A DNA stretch of 64,000 bases from a virus (lineage: Duplodnaviria > Caudoviricetes). Every line of letters starts with the position of its first letter. Position 1 is the first letter of the stretch. The notes under the pieces are model-generated. The model was given only the letters and a program-made list of their open reading frames with translations. It was not told the DNA's origin and made no database searches. The stretch lies in the IMG/VR virus record IMGVR_UViG_3300042556_001330, positions 397-64,396 of that record, one strand, 5' to 3'. Positions 39,801 through 49,600 of the stretch are shown in pieces. Both the position numbers and the translations under genes were made by a program.

Positions 39801-40806
39801 TAGATTATCTAACTTAGAATCTACATCCGCAAGTGTAAATACTTCAATATCCGCATTAAATAGTTCATCTGCATCTCAACAAGTTAGCATCGATGAGTTG
39901 AATACATTTAGTGGTTCTACATTGGGTAGATTATCACAATTAGAAACTGCAAGTGGAAGTGCAAAGGTTGCAATTGGTGAATTGAATAATTTTACATCTT
40001 CATTCAACCAGGCAATTATTTTAAGTGGTCAGAATGTTGAAATACAAGGTGATTTTACCGTAAGAGGTACATCAACTATCGTAGATTCTACAACGATTCA
40101 ATTAGGTGATAATATTATAGAATTAAATGGCACAGGAGCAGCAAATGGTGGTTTGATTGTTAAAGACCCAACTGCACCTTCAACATTATCTGGTTCTTTA
40201 TTGTGGGATACTACAAATGATTATTGGAAAGCTGGTACATTTGGAAACGAATCTAAAGTATTGGTAGCAGGTGGTGATAGTGTAGTAAGTGGTTCATCTC
40301 AAATTACAATTTCGGATACTACTGGATTTAGTACATTTAGTGGTTCAATTGCAACTTCATTCTCTGCAAGTGCAGCAAGTGTAACATCATTATCTGCGAG
40401 TGTAGCGAGTGTAACTGGAGACTTCAGTTCATCAGTAGCAACTTCATTCTCACAATCAGCATATAACTTAAATCAATTATCTGCAAGTGTGGCAAGTGTA
40501 ACTGGAGACTTTAGTTCATCGGTAGCAACTTCGTTCTCCGCAAGTGCAGCAAGTGTAACATTATTAAGTTCATCTTTCTCAGCATCACAAGCAGTACAAG
40601 ATGGTAGATTGGGATTATTGGAAATATCAACTGGAAGTTTAAATTCATTTACTTCTTCAATTGATACTACAATCAAAACTAAATTAGACGCTGAAACCGT
40701 TGTAAGTGGTTCATCTCAAATTGACATAACTGCAACTACCGGATTTACAACATTTAGTTCATCAATTGAGACAAGAATATCAATAATAGACGGAGGAACA
40801 TATTAA
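36814..40806 (+). CDS. Long Ser-rich coiled-coil fibre protein (1330 aa)
   Basis: MAQIIRHRRG N-domain; many QDGRLTNLE and EIGVVSGSL repeats; ends IDGGTY. Confidence 0.78.
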   Translation: MAQIIRHRRGSLEALSAATSSFQKGELIIVSGSSNITSTNGSGMVFAAVESGSIQAVNRFLVGTNAPNVFSSSAYNGLVKGVPYYASGSSTLYLLGSDKNDIPDLTGNITNFSSSVVTSFSASNASITALSASVASVTGDFSSSVATSFSASNASLVALSASVASVTGDFSASVATSFSASSASLTALSASVASVTGDFSASVAQTFTTQSQRISSLESFSGSQLTQNSDLATITGSLISSASTAKSTNDTQDGRLTNIESFSASVNTSVSNLNSTTASLNTSVANINSFTSSQLTQNSDLATITGSLISSASAAKTTNDSQDVSITNLNSFSSSVNTKMTEIGVVSGSLISSASSAAIAIANLNANSGSYALLSGSNVFYGNQIITGSVYVAYDLIVQGSSSLQYITASQVDLGTNTIILNNDSPAVRFGGISVVDSGSNAGASGSLFWDSLNNNWIYQHPSGGAESGMTAILISGPKNSGSMGDEAHITPGKIMVAVGDDHIGDSIITQATDNSKISVAGDIIVTGSVNATSFNGTINSTNGVVSGSSQITISDTTGYTDFSGSISASFASVIANVGSGVGVSITNLNSFSASTLTRLSNIESFSSSVESKLTEIGVVSGSLIASASTAKTTNDTQDGRLTNLEATSASVNTSVSNLNLTTASLNTSVTALNTSSASQQVSLDNLNTFSGSTLGRLTNLESTSASVNTSVSALNSSSASQQISIDALNTVSGSNLGRLSNLESTSASVNISITNINSFTSSVDTKMTEIGVVSGSLFASASTAKSTNDTQDGRLTNLESKSASVDTSITNINSFTSSVDTKMTEIGSVTGSLISSASAASISIAALNSYTSSNTSTNALNAFTASANERFTEIGIVSGSLISSASAAKSTNDTQDGRLTNLESTSASVNTSISNLNSFSSSQLTQNSTLATYTGSVETRLTEIGVVSGSLIASASTAKTTNDTQDGRLTNLEATTASLNISVTNINSFTSSATGRLSNLESTSASVNTSISALNSSSASQQVSIDELNTFSGSTLGRLSQLETASGSAKVAIGELNNFTSSFNQAIILSGQNVEIQGDFTVRGTSTIVDSTTIQLGDNIIELNGTGAANGGLIVKDPTAPSTLSGSLLWDTTNDYWKAGTFGNESKVLVAGGDSVVSGSSQITISDTTGFSTFSGSIATSFSASAASVTSLSASVASVTGDFSSSVATSFSQSAYNLNQLSASVASVTGDFSSSVATSFSASAASVTLLSSSFSASQAVQDGRLGLLEISTGSLNSFTSSIDTTIKTKLDAETVVSGSSQIDITATTGFTTFSSSIETRISIIDGGTY
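37201..37440 (+). repeat. 87-bp (29-aa) tandem repeat, about 3 copies
   Basis: ttatctgc.tc.gttgcatc.gtaac.gg.ga at 37201, 37288 and 37375 (LSASVASVTGDFS); the same unit recurs near 34651 and 40390-40560. Confidence 0.8.
37561..39725 (+). repeat. Dispersed intragenic repeat GATACACAAGATGGTAGATTAAC x5
   Basis: Exact copies at 37561, 38719, 39181, 39493 and 39703, each within a longer repeated block. Confidence 0.8.
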
Positions 40807-40834
40807 TAAAAAAATAAAGAATAAATAGAAATAT

Positions 40835-41395
40835 ATGGCAACAAATAATCCAACTTCATCGATTTTACTGAAACGTTCAGGTGTCGCAGGTTCAGTACCT
40901 ACAACCACATCGTTACAGGTAGGTGAAATCGCGTTAAACACCTATGATGGTAAAGCGTTTTTACACAAGTCTGGTTCAACCGATGAAGTAGTAGAAATCG
41001 TAGTTGCCGGTGCAAATGTAACCGGGTCAATTAGTCTTACTGGAGCAGTTAGTGCATCAATAGTATCTGCGTCTACTTTTATTGGTAATGGTTCTCAATT
41101 GACAGGTGTAACTGCATCAATGAGACCAGATGATTTCGATTTTAATTCGGAACCATTTGCAGGAACAATTGGATATATTCAAGGTAGTGGTTCTCTTTAC
41201 AAAGTAGCAACTACTGAAAATGCAATTGATTTTAGATACAACGATGTAACAATTGCAACTATTACAACTGCAAACGGATTTAGTGGTTCATTATTCGGAA
41301 TTGGTGATGTGTTACAATTTAGTGGTTCGGTTCACAATAGATTATATCAATTAGAACTTTCAGCATCATTTGGACCAGATGCAGGTCAATTCTAA
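40835..41395 (+). CDS. Short fibre protein ending in PDAGQF
   Basis: ILLKRSG..G.VP...L..GEIALNTYDGK N-domain. Confidence 0.7.
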   Translation: MATNNPTSSILLKRSGVAGSVPTTTSLQVGEIALNTYDGKAFLHKSGSTDEVVEIVVAGANVTGSISLTGAVSASIVSASTFIGNGSQLTGVTASMRPDDFDFNSEPFAGTIGYIQGSGSLYKVATTENAIDFRYNDVTIATITTANGFSGSLFGIGDVLQFSGSVHNRLYQLELSASFGPDAGQF

Positions 41396-41416
41396 AATTC
41401 AATAAAATTATAATAG

Positions 41417-41440
41417 AAACCCCTCATAGTAGGGGTTTTT
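41417..41440 (+). terminator. Rho-independent terminator
   Basis: AAACCCCT-CATAGT-AGGGGTTT followed by TT. Confidence 0.75.
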
Positions 41441-41511
41441 CATTTTATAATATATTTATGTTTGTAGTATATACTACCTTGTTGTTAAATAACTTTAAAT
41501 AAATAGGCCAT

Positions 41512-44385
41512 ATGGCATCAATTGTTCAACTGAAACGCTCTGCGTTATCGGGAAAGGTACCTGATACAGGTTCATTAAATTTAGGAGAATTAGCTGTAAA
41601 TACTTACGATGGTAAGATTTACTTTAAAAAGTCGGGTTCAATTGAATCGGTTGAAAGTGTAGTAACAACAAATTCGGTAGTAACTGGTTCTATTAGATTG
41701 GAAGGAACTGGTTCGTTTGGTTCATTAAAAGTAAACGATACACTTACAGTTAATCATGGTGTTAGTGTAATAAGTGGTTCTTTGGGAATCACATCAGATT
41801 TGACTGTTTTAGGTGCAGTTAATGCAAGACAATTCAATATTTCTATAATTTCATCTTCTACATTATTTGAAAGTGGTTCATCTAATTTCGGTAATAGTTT
41901 TGATGATACACATACATTTACAGGGTCAGTAAACATTACGGGTTCATTTTTATTAAACGGACAAGAAGTAGGTGGTGGAACAACATCGGGTTCATTTACT
42001 GGTTCATTTACTGGAGATGGTAGTGGATTGAGAGGGGTAGTTAGTGATGATTTACCAATTGATGGTTGGGATTATAATTCAAATAGTTCTGCATCTATTA
42101 GTGAATTTAATGTAACATCATCAAAATATTTAATAGATTTTCAATGGGAACAAGAAGTTGGAACCGCTGTTGGTTTAAAGGCATTCCTTTCAAACACAAC
42201 TGGTAGTTCACAAATTGTTCCAACGGAAGAAGGTATTAAATTTATTGTAGGAAATCAACAAGTTGCATTAGTAGGGCCAAATGGTATACAATCTGTGGTA
42301 CCTGCAGGAACTGTAAGTGGTTCATCTCAATTGACATCTTCATACGACCAAAGATATGTTTTGAGTGGAAGTATTACTCAAACAACTTGGGATAATATTG
42401 CAAGCAAACCTTCCGGAATCATAAGTGGTTCGTCACAATTAACATCATCGGTATTAGCCACAACTGGTTCTAATTTATTTGTAGGAACTCAAACTCATAG
42501 TGGTTCAATTATACCTGCAACGGATAATACATACGATTTGGGGTCACCTACATATCAATGGAGAGATATATATGTTTCATCTGGTTCACTTTATATAGAT
42601 GGAACAAAAGTTTTAAGTTCAACCAATCAGGAATTACAAATCACAACCGATGTAGGTCAATCAATTAAGATTTTAGAAGCAGGAAGTGATAGTATTATTT
42701 TACAATCTGCAGATGGTGATATTCAATTAAAAACATCTGGTGGAGGTAATTTATTATTTGACCCAACAACTGGTTTAATTGATGTTAGAGGAACATTACA
42801 AATACAAGATGGAAATAAAGTAACATCTTCAGGAGGAAATGGTGTTGTTTTTGGAAATAATATAGTAGTAAGTGGTTCATTAGAAAGTACTGGAAATATA
42901 AATGGTGTAAATATATCAACATTTAGTTCTTCAGTTGTAACACAAATATCTACAATACAAACTAAAACAGGAAGTTTTGCAACAACGGGTTCTAATACTT
43001 TCTATGGTACACAAACATTTAGTGGTTCACTTTATGTTGCAAATGACTTAATTGTACAAGGTAGTTCCTCAATTCAATATATTTCGGCATCATCAGTATC
43101 AATTGGAACCAATATTGTTCAACTAAATACGGCAAACCCATCGGTTAGATATGCTGGTTTAAGTATAATAGATAGTGGTTCAGTTGGAGGTTCTGGTTCA
43201 TTCTTATATGATTCGGTACAAGATGAATTTATATTTGTACATAGAGGAAATGGTGCAAATGTAACATCATCTCATTTTGTATTAGGACCTGAAACATACG
43301 ATGATTTGGGAAATGAAATATATCTTACAAATAATAAATTACCGAAAGGAACTGGCAAAGAACATTTAGTTGATTCAAATATTACCGATAATGGTACATT
43401 GATTAATTTGGGTTCAAACACAACAATAACAGGTACATTAGTTGCAAGTGGAACAACATTGGTTAGTGGTTCATCACAAATAACTTTTAGTGGAATAAGT
43501 TCACTTCCTACATTAGTAAGTGGTAGTTCTCAAGTTGATGTAATGTCTACAACAAATATTGCAAGATTGGCAACCACTGGTTCAAACACATTTATAGGTA
43601 ATCAAATAATAAGTGGTTCAAGTACTTTTAGAAATAACTCAAATGGTGCAAGTGTATCAATTGGTGGAACTGCATTTGGTATAAGAATAGATAATGGTGG
43701 AACATTTAGTAGTGGAAGGTCTACTATTTATGGAGTAGATAATACATTTGTTGGTTCATATCAACCATTGGGATTACAAGGTTCTGTTGTATATATCGGA
43801 ACATCTAATACCGATATTATGACTGTTGCATCAACGGGTGCATCGGTAGTTGGAAATATATCATTGGGAGCATCAAATACATCATATGTCGGCCCATCTC
43901 AATATGGTGCACTTATGATGCCAAGAGGTGGTATATTATTCTCAAATACCAATAGCCAAAACCAAATGTATATGGTATCAAATGCATATTTGAATGGAAG
44001 TGGTGTATGGTCGTATAGAAACTCAGGACAACCGGCCGGATGGATGGCCATCGATAATGGTGGATTTAGTGTTGCATTGGCCGGTAATGGAACTGCAGAT
44101 AGTGCAATAACATTTACTTCACCACTTTCGATATCAAATGCCGGAGTTACAACATTTGGTGGTAATGTAATACCTAATACAAATGGTACCAGAGATTTAG
44201 GTTCGGCATCGGCAAGATGGTCTACGATTTATACATCGGATTTATCATTAAATAACGGAATTGGTGATTGGACAATTGTAGAGGGTGAAGATGATTTATT
44301 CTTATACAATAATAAAAAAGGAAAAGTTTATAAATTTGCTTTAACCGAAGTTGACCCAAATGTGGCAACTCCTAAAAAATCATAA
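41512..44385 (+). CDS. Tail fibre protein
   Basis: VQLKRS...GELAVNTYDGK N-domain; YDLGS...W repeats; C-terminal TSDL..DWTIVEGEDDLFL. Confidence 0.78.
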   Translation: MASIVQLKRSALSGKVPDTGSLNLGELAVNTYDGKIYFKKSGSIESVESVVTTNSVVTGSIRLEGTGSFGSLKVNDTLTVNHGVSVISGSLGITSDLTVLGAVNARQFNISIISSSTLFESGSSNFGNSFDDTHTFTGSVNITGSFLLNGQEVGGGTTSGSFTGSFTGDGSGLRGVVSDDLPIDGWDYNSNSSASISEFNVTSSKYLIDFQWEQEVGTAVGLKAFLSNTTGSSQIVPTEEGIKFIVGNQQVALVGPNGIQSVVPAGTVSGSSQLTSSYDQRYVLSGSITQTTWDNIASKPSGIISGSSQLTSSVLATTGSNLFVGTQTHSGSIIPATDNTYDLGSPTYQWRDIYVSSGSLYIDGTKVLSSTNQELQITTDVGQSIKILEAGSDSIILQSADGDIQLKTSGGGNLLFDPTTGLIDVRGTLQIQDGNKVTSSGGNGVVFGNNIVVSGSLESTGNINGVNISTFSSSVVTQISTIQTKTGSFATTGSNTFYGTQTFSGSLYVANDLIVQGSSSIQYISASSVSIGTNIVQLNTANPSVRYAGLSIIDSGSVGGSGSFLYDSVQDEFIFVHRGNGANVTSSHFVLGPETYDDLGNEIYLTNNKLPKGTGKEHLVDSNITDNGTLINLGSNTTITGTLVASGTTLVSGSSQITFSGISSLPTLVSGSSQVDVMSTTNIARLATTGSNTFIGNQIISGSSTFRNNSNGASVSIGGTAFGIRIDNGGTFSSGRSTIYGVDNTFVGSYQPLGLQGSVVYIGTSNTDIMTVASTGASVVGNISLGASNTSYVGPSQYGALMMPRGGILFSNTNSQNQMYMVSNAYLNGSGVWSYRNSGQPAGWMAIDNGGFSVALAGNGTADSAITFTSPLSISNAGVTTFGGNVIPNTNGTRDLGSASARWSTIYTSDLSLNNGIGDWTIVEGEDDLFLYNNKKGKVYKFALTEVDPNVATPKKS

Positions 44386-44388
44386 GTT

Positions 44389-45102
44389 ATGCCTTTAGAT
44401 ATTGGTGGAAATACAATTGATTCTAACATTGTAAGAAGATATCCTACTACAAAAACATTGACGGGTGGATTAATGTTACATGTAGATGCATACGTTCCAG
44501 AATCTTATCCTGGAAGTGGTGGAACTTTTTATGATTTATCAGGCAATGGAAATAATTTTTCAATAACAGGAGCAACTTGGAATAGTGCTGGATTTTTTTC
44601 GTTTAATGGTTCATCATATATGGCAAACACTTCATTTAGTGTTCCTGGATTAACAAATATGGCAAGTTGTATTGTTTGGCTAAAACCTGACGCGGGACAA
44701 AATGACGGAACATATAATGGATTATTTTCATATGGCCCACGAGCTTGTAATGGTCAAACTTTTTTAATGAGTATGAATAATAGTTTCGGCCCGACAATGG
44801 CTAAATGGTGCGATGATTTTACATCTCCAACGGCTACTATGAATACATCAACTTGGTGGCAATATACATTAGTTTTAAATGGTAGTTCCGTTAATTTTTA
44901 TTTAAATGATTATGGTGCGGGTAGTGGAACATTAGCAGCTGCAAATAATATAGGAACAGGCACTGCAGCAATTGGTTCGACTGATTTATATGGTAGAATT
45001 TTTAAAGGAAGTATAGCTTCTGTTAAATTTTATAATAGAGTATTATCATTGACTGAAATTGCAAACAATTATAATATTGAGAGATTAAAATTTGGAATAT
45101 AA
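44389..45102 (+). CDS. LamG/ConA-like lectin-domain protein
   Basis: HVDA..PESYPGSG..YDLSGNGN...YNRVLS..EI. Confidence 0.8.
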   Translation: MPLDIGGNTIDSNIVRRYPTTKTLTGGLMLHVDAYVPESYPGSGGTFYDLSGNGNNFSITGATWNSAGFFSFNGSSYMANTSFSVPGLTNMASCIVWLKPDAGQNDGTYNGLFSYGPRACNGQTFLMSMNNSFGPTMAKWCDDFTSPTATMNTSTWWQYTLVLNGSSVNFYLNDYGAGSGTLAAANNIGTGTAAIGSTDLYGRIFKGSIASVKFYNRVLSLTEIANNYNIERLKFGI

Positions 45103-45112
45103 AATATAAATT

Positions 45113-45805
45113 ATGCCAATAGATGTAGGTGGATTTAATATAAATAGTAATGTAGCTAAATCATTTAAATATAGAGATATTATAACAAATGGTTTAGTAA
45201 TGCATTTAGATGCAGACTCACCTGAATCTTATCCAGGAAGTGGTACAAGATGGTATGATTTGAGTAATAACAATAATAATGGTACATTGAATGGTGGTAC
45301 TACATATACTACAAATGGTGGGTATGGTGTTATTCAATTAAATGGTACGAATTCGACAGTGACTGTACCATCTTTAAATTTGAGTAGTAGTAATTTTACT
45401 GTTGTAGGTGCAACAAGATATACATCAACAGGTGGTGGTAGAATACTATCTGCATTGAATAACAACTGGTTATTAGGACATTGGAGTAATTCCGTTGCAA
45501 ATTATTATTCCGAAGGATGGGTTACGGGTGCAGGAGTAGGTGGTACTGATACAAATTGGAGAATGTATGCTGGTACTGGAAATTTATCGACAGATAATTA
45601 TTCCATTTATATTAATGGAACACTAAATACATCAAATAGTGGTGGTGCAGCTGGCCCAAATGGATTATCAATTGGTTCATATGCACCAGCTAATATTGAA
45701 TTTTCTAATGCACAAGTTAGTTTTGTATTAGCATATAATAGAGTTTTATCTGCAGCTGAAATTACAAGAATTTATAATGCATTTAAATTTAGAATAGGAT
45801 TGTAA
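45113..45805 (+). CDS. LamG/ConA-like lectin-domain protein
   Basis: HLDA..PESYPGSGT.WYDLS...YNRVLSAAEI. Confidence 0.8.
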   Translation: MPIDVGGFNINSNVAKSFKYRDIITNGLVMHLDADSPESYPGSGTRWYDLSNNNNNGTLNGGTTYTTNGGYGVIQLNGTNSTVTVPSLNLSSSNFTVVGATRYTSTGGGRILSALNNNWLLGHWSNSVANYYSEGWVTGAGVGGTDTNWRMYAGTGNLSTDNYSIYINGTLNTSNSGGAAGPNGLSIGSYAPANIEFSNAQVSFVLAYNRVLSAAEITRIYNAFKFRIGL

Positions 45806-45816
45806 AATAAATTATT

Positions 45817-46584
45817 ATGGGATTTGATATAGGTGGACATACTTTTAGTGCTGAAATGGCAAGAAATCAATTTGATAATAGAATTGTAAATAAAAATTTA
45901 ATATTTCATGTTGATGCTGGCAATACAAATAGTTATGGTGGAAGTGGTACAACTTGGTATGATTTGAGTGGTAGAGATAATCATGGTACATTGGAAAATT
46001 CACCTATATATAGTTCTTCCGATGGTTTGGGTAGTTTAAATTTCAATGGTTCAAATCAATCAATGGTTGCAAATATAAACTCAACCGAATTAGATGGTGA
46101 CCCAAATTTTACAATGGAAATGTGGGTAAAAAGAACAGCGGAACTGGTAGGAACAACTGGTGGATATTGGGGTATAGGTGGTGCAGGACAAGGTTATTCC
46201 GTAGAAGGATGGACACCTATTACAAATAGAATACATATGGATTTGTATGATTCATCCAGAATTGATAGTGGACAAGATTATCCATTAAATACTTGGGTTC
46301 ATGTAGCTTGGGCAAAAAACGGAACGGCAATCACAACCGACACCGTAAAAGTTTATATAAATGGTGTATCATATTCCGTAACAAGTGGTAGAGGGCAAAC
46401 ATCAGGACCAAGATATAATACATCAACCCCCGGTAAGGGTATTGCATTGGGTAGATTAAACCAAGATGCTGCAAGTTACTATGGTGCATGTAAAATTGGT
46501 GTTGCAAGAATTTATAATAGAGCCTTAACACAGGGTGAAGTTTTACAAAATTATAATTTACAAAGAAGTAGATTCGGACTTTAA
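45817..46584 (+). CDS. LamG/ConA-like lectin-domain protein
   Basis: HVDAGN..SY.GSGT.WYDLSG, FTMEMWVK, WVHVA, IYNRALT..EV.QNY. Confidence 0.82.
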   Translation: MGFDIGGHTFSAEMARNQFDNRIVNKNLIFHVDAGNTNSYGGSGTTWYDLSGRDNHGTLENSPIYSSSDGLGSLNFNGSNQSMVANINSTELDGDPNFTMEMWVKRTAELVGTTGGYWGIGGAGQGYSVEGWTPITNRIHMDLYDSSRIDSGQDYPLNTWVHVAWAKNGTAITTDTVKVYINGVSYSVTSGRGQTSGPRYNTSTPGKGIALGRLNQDAASYYGACKIGVARIYNRALTQGEVLQNYNLQRSRFGL

Positions 46585-46605
46585 TAAAAGAAAAAAGATA
46601 TTATT

Positions 46606-46614
46606 ATATTTATA
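46606..46614 (+). promoter_or_regulatory. Putative late promoter motif ATATTTATA
   Basis: Recurrent intergenic motif. Confidence 0.6.
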
Positions 46615-46633
46615 AGAAACATAATAGAATTAA

Positions 46634-49600
46634 ATGGCAGCTATATTTCAATTAAGAAGAGGTTCGGGTTCAGTATCTTTAGTGGATGGTGAATTATATG
46701 TAAACAAAGGTATAGATTCTTTACAATATGCCGTAGGTGATAGAGAGATTACTTTAGCTAAGTTAAATGAACTTAATACAGGTACATTAAATTTAAACGG
46801 AGGAATTTCTGCATCCGGAGATATTACTGCATCTAATGCATATATTAGTGGTAATATTGTATTAGGTGGAACGATTACAATTGGTGATACTACAAATGAT
46901 AGTGTTATTTTTAATGCGGATTTAAGTTCTTCAATTATACCTGACGCAACTAGTACATACGATTTGGGTTCTACATCTAAAGTATATAGAAATATATACG
47001 CGAGTAATATATCAGCATCAGCGTTTACTGGTTCTCTTTTTGGTATGGGTGACCCGACATCATTTAGTACATCGGTAGATACTAGATTAGATTATTTAGA
47101 AGGCCCTTTTAGTACATCCGTTGATAGTAGAATGGATTTATTAGAAAACGCAATGAGTGGTTCTAAGAGATTATATGTTTCTCCGGAAGGAAATGATACT
47201 AATACTGGTACTCAACAAAGTCCATTTAAAACAATTAAGGCAGCAGTTGAATCGTTGGGTTCAGCGATTTATACAAATGTAAAAAGATATACAATATTTG
47301 TAGGTAGTGGTGAATATACTGAACAAAACCCAATAGTAGTTCCTCCTGGAGTTTCTATTGTTGGTGATACATTGAGAACAGTAAGATTAACCGCTGCAAA
47401 TCCAACAAAAGATTTCTTCCATTGTCACGATTCAAACTATTTTTATGGTTTGAGATTTTTAGACTTAAGGAATCCCGCATTTGCATTTTCATTTCCATCA
47501 TCTACCGCAACCGGTTCTATTAGTGCAGGTGGTATTGGTTCTATTGGTTTGGTACATTCAATGACGGGATATACAGATGGAAATAATCAGGATTTGGGAA
47601 TTATTATAGAAGGACCTGATAATAGTGGTAGTATAGCAACTGCAACTGCAAATGTTGTTGGTGGTGTTATTACTCAAATAAATGTAGTAAATGCCGGAAC
47701 AAACTATTCGGCAAACGAAAAACCACATATTTCAATACCTGCACCTGTTGCACAAAGACCAGTAATTACAACATCACCATATGTTCAAAACTGTTCTTCA
47801 ATCACAGGTCCATTTAATACATCCGGTGTTAAAGTTTTACAAGCTTTACCATACGATGAAGCAACTTTTAATATTGATGAACAAGGAGCCGGTGGTGGTA
47901 TAAGAATAGATGGTAATTTAGTTCACCCACTATCACCATTAGAATCATTTGTAGCGGATGCATTTACACAAGTTAATCAGGGTGGACCTGGTCACTTAGT
48001 AATTAACAAAGGATATGCACAATTCGTATCTTGTTTTACTACATTCTGTACTTATGGTTTTAAAGTAGCAAATGGTGGTTTTGCAAATATTTCAAATTCG
48101 GTAATAGATTTTGGTAAATATGGTTTAGTATCTAAAACTTATTTCCCAACAACATATAATACGGGTTCATCTTTAGAAACAAAAACTTCACAAGTAAGTG
48201 GATTTATTATAGATGAAAATGGAGCAGGTTATACTGGTTCAATTGCAGGTGTAACAATTTCAGGTGGTGGTGCAAGTGTTCAAGCAACTGCAGAAGCAAC
48301 TGTAAATGCAAATGGTTCAATTGATGAGATAGTATTGTTAACCGGAGGAAGTGGATATACATCACAACCATCTGTAACAATAGATTCACCAACGGGACCT
48401 GGAGCAATACAAGCTACAACGGTTGCAGGTAAAGCATTAATTACGGGTGTTACTGAAATGTTAATGTCATTAGAAAGTGGTAGTAGAGGTGTTGATATTT
48501 CTTCTAATATGATTTTGAATGGTGTTGATTACTTAGTAACTGATGTAATAGATGTAAGTGGTCAACCAAACCAAAGAAGAATAACAACTTACCCAGCACC
48601 TCCTTCAATTACAACAAACGACCAAATTAAATTTCACCAATTATCAAACATCTCAACAGGTGGATTGGTAATGGAATATGTTGGTAGTGGTGTAACATAT
48701 AACGCACTTCCAAAATTTGGTGGAGTTCCAATTAGAACAAGAGAAATAAATGAATTTGCACCTGGTAGAGTATTCTATTCAACGGTGGATAATATTGGTA
48801 ATTTAAAGATTGGAGATTTCTTTGCGGTAAATCAATTGACTGGAGAAGTTACAATTGATGCAAACTCATTTAATTTATCAGGTTTAAATGCAATAGGGCC
48901 ATTTAGAAGAAATGGAGTTGCGGTAGGTGTGGTATTACAAGAAGTAAGTAATAATGTAACTTTATTAAACTCACAGGGTTTATATGGTGAAGACACCACA
49001 CCAACACAATATGCAGTTAAAGAATATATTGATGTAATAAGTCAATCATTTGATAGTAGAGTGGATTCATTAGAACAAACTGCAATTGACTATGATGGTA
49101 GATTAGATTCTTTAGAAATTTCATCTGCATCTGTTAATTCGTTTACATCATCTACAAATGGTAGATTAAATAATTTAGAATCTAAATCCGCAAGTGTAGA
49201 TGTTTCAATTTCGAATTTACATTCATATACTTCATCATTAAATAACGCAATACAATTAACGGGTTCAACTGTTTCATTCTTAGGAAATATTGTAGTGTAT
49301 GGTACTCAATCTGTACTTAATTCAACTAATTTACAAATTGGTGATAATTTAATTTATTTAGCAACTGCATCGGTTGCAAATATTGACTTTGGTATTATCG
49401 GACATTATAATGATGGTACAAATAGACATGGTGGTGTTTTCAGAAGCGGAACAGATGGTGCATGGAGAGTATTTAAAAATTATGAACCTGAAATAAGTGG
49501 AACTATTAATTTGACAGAAACAACTTTTGCATATGCTGACTTTTACGCAAATGCATTAAGTGCATCAACATTAAGTGGTATTGGAAATGTAACAACATAT

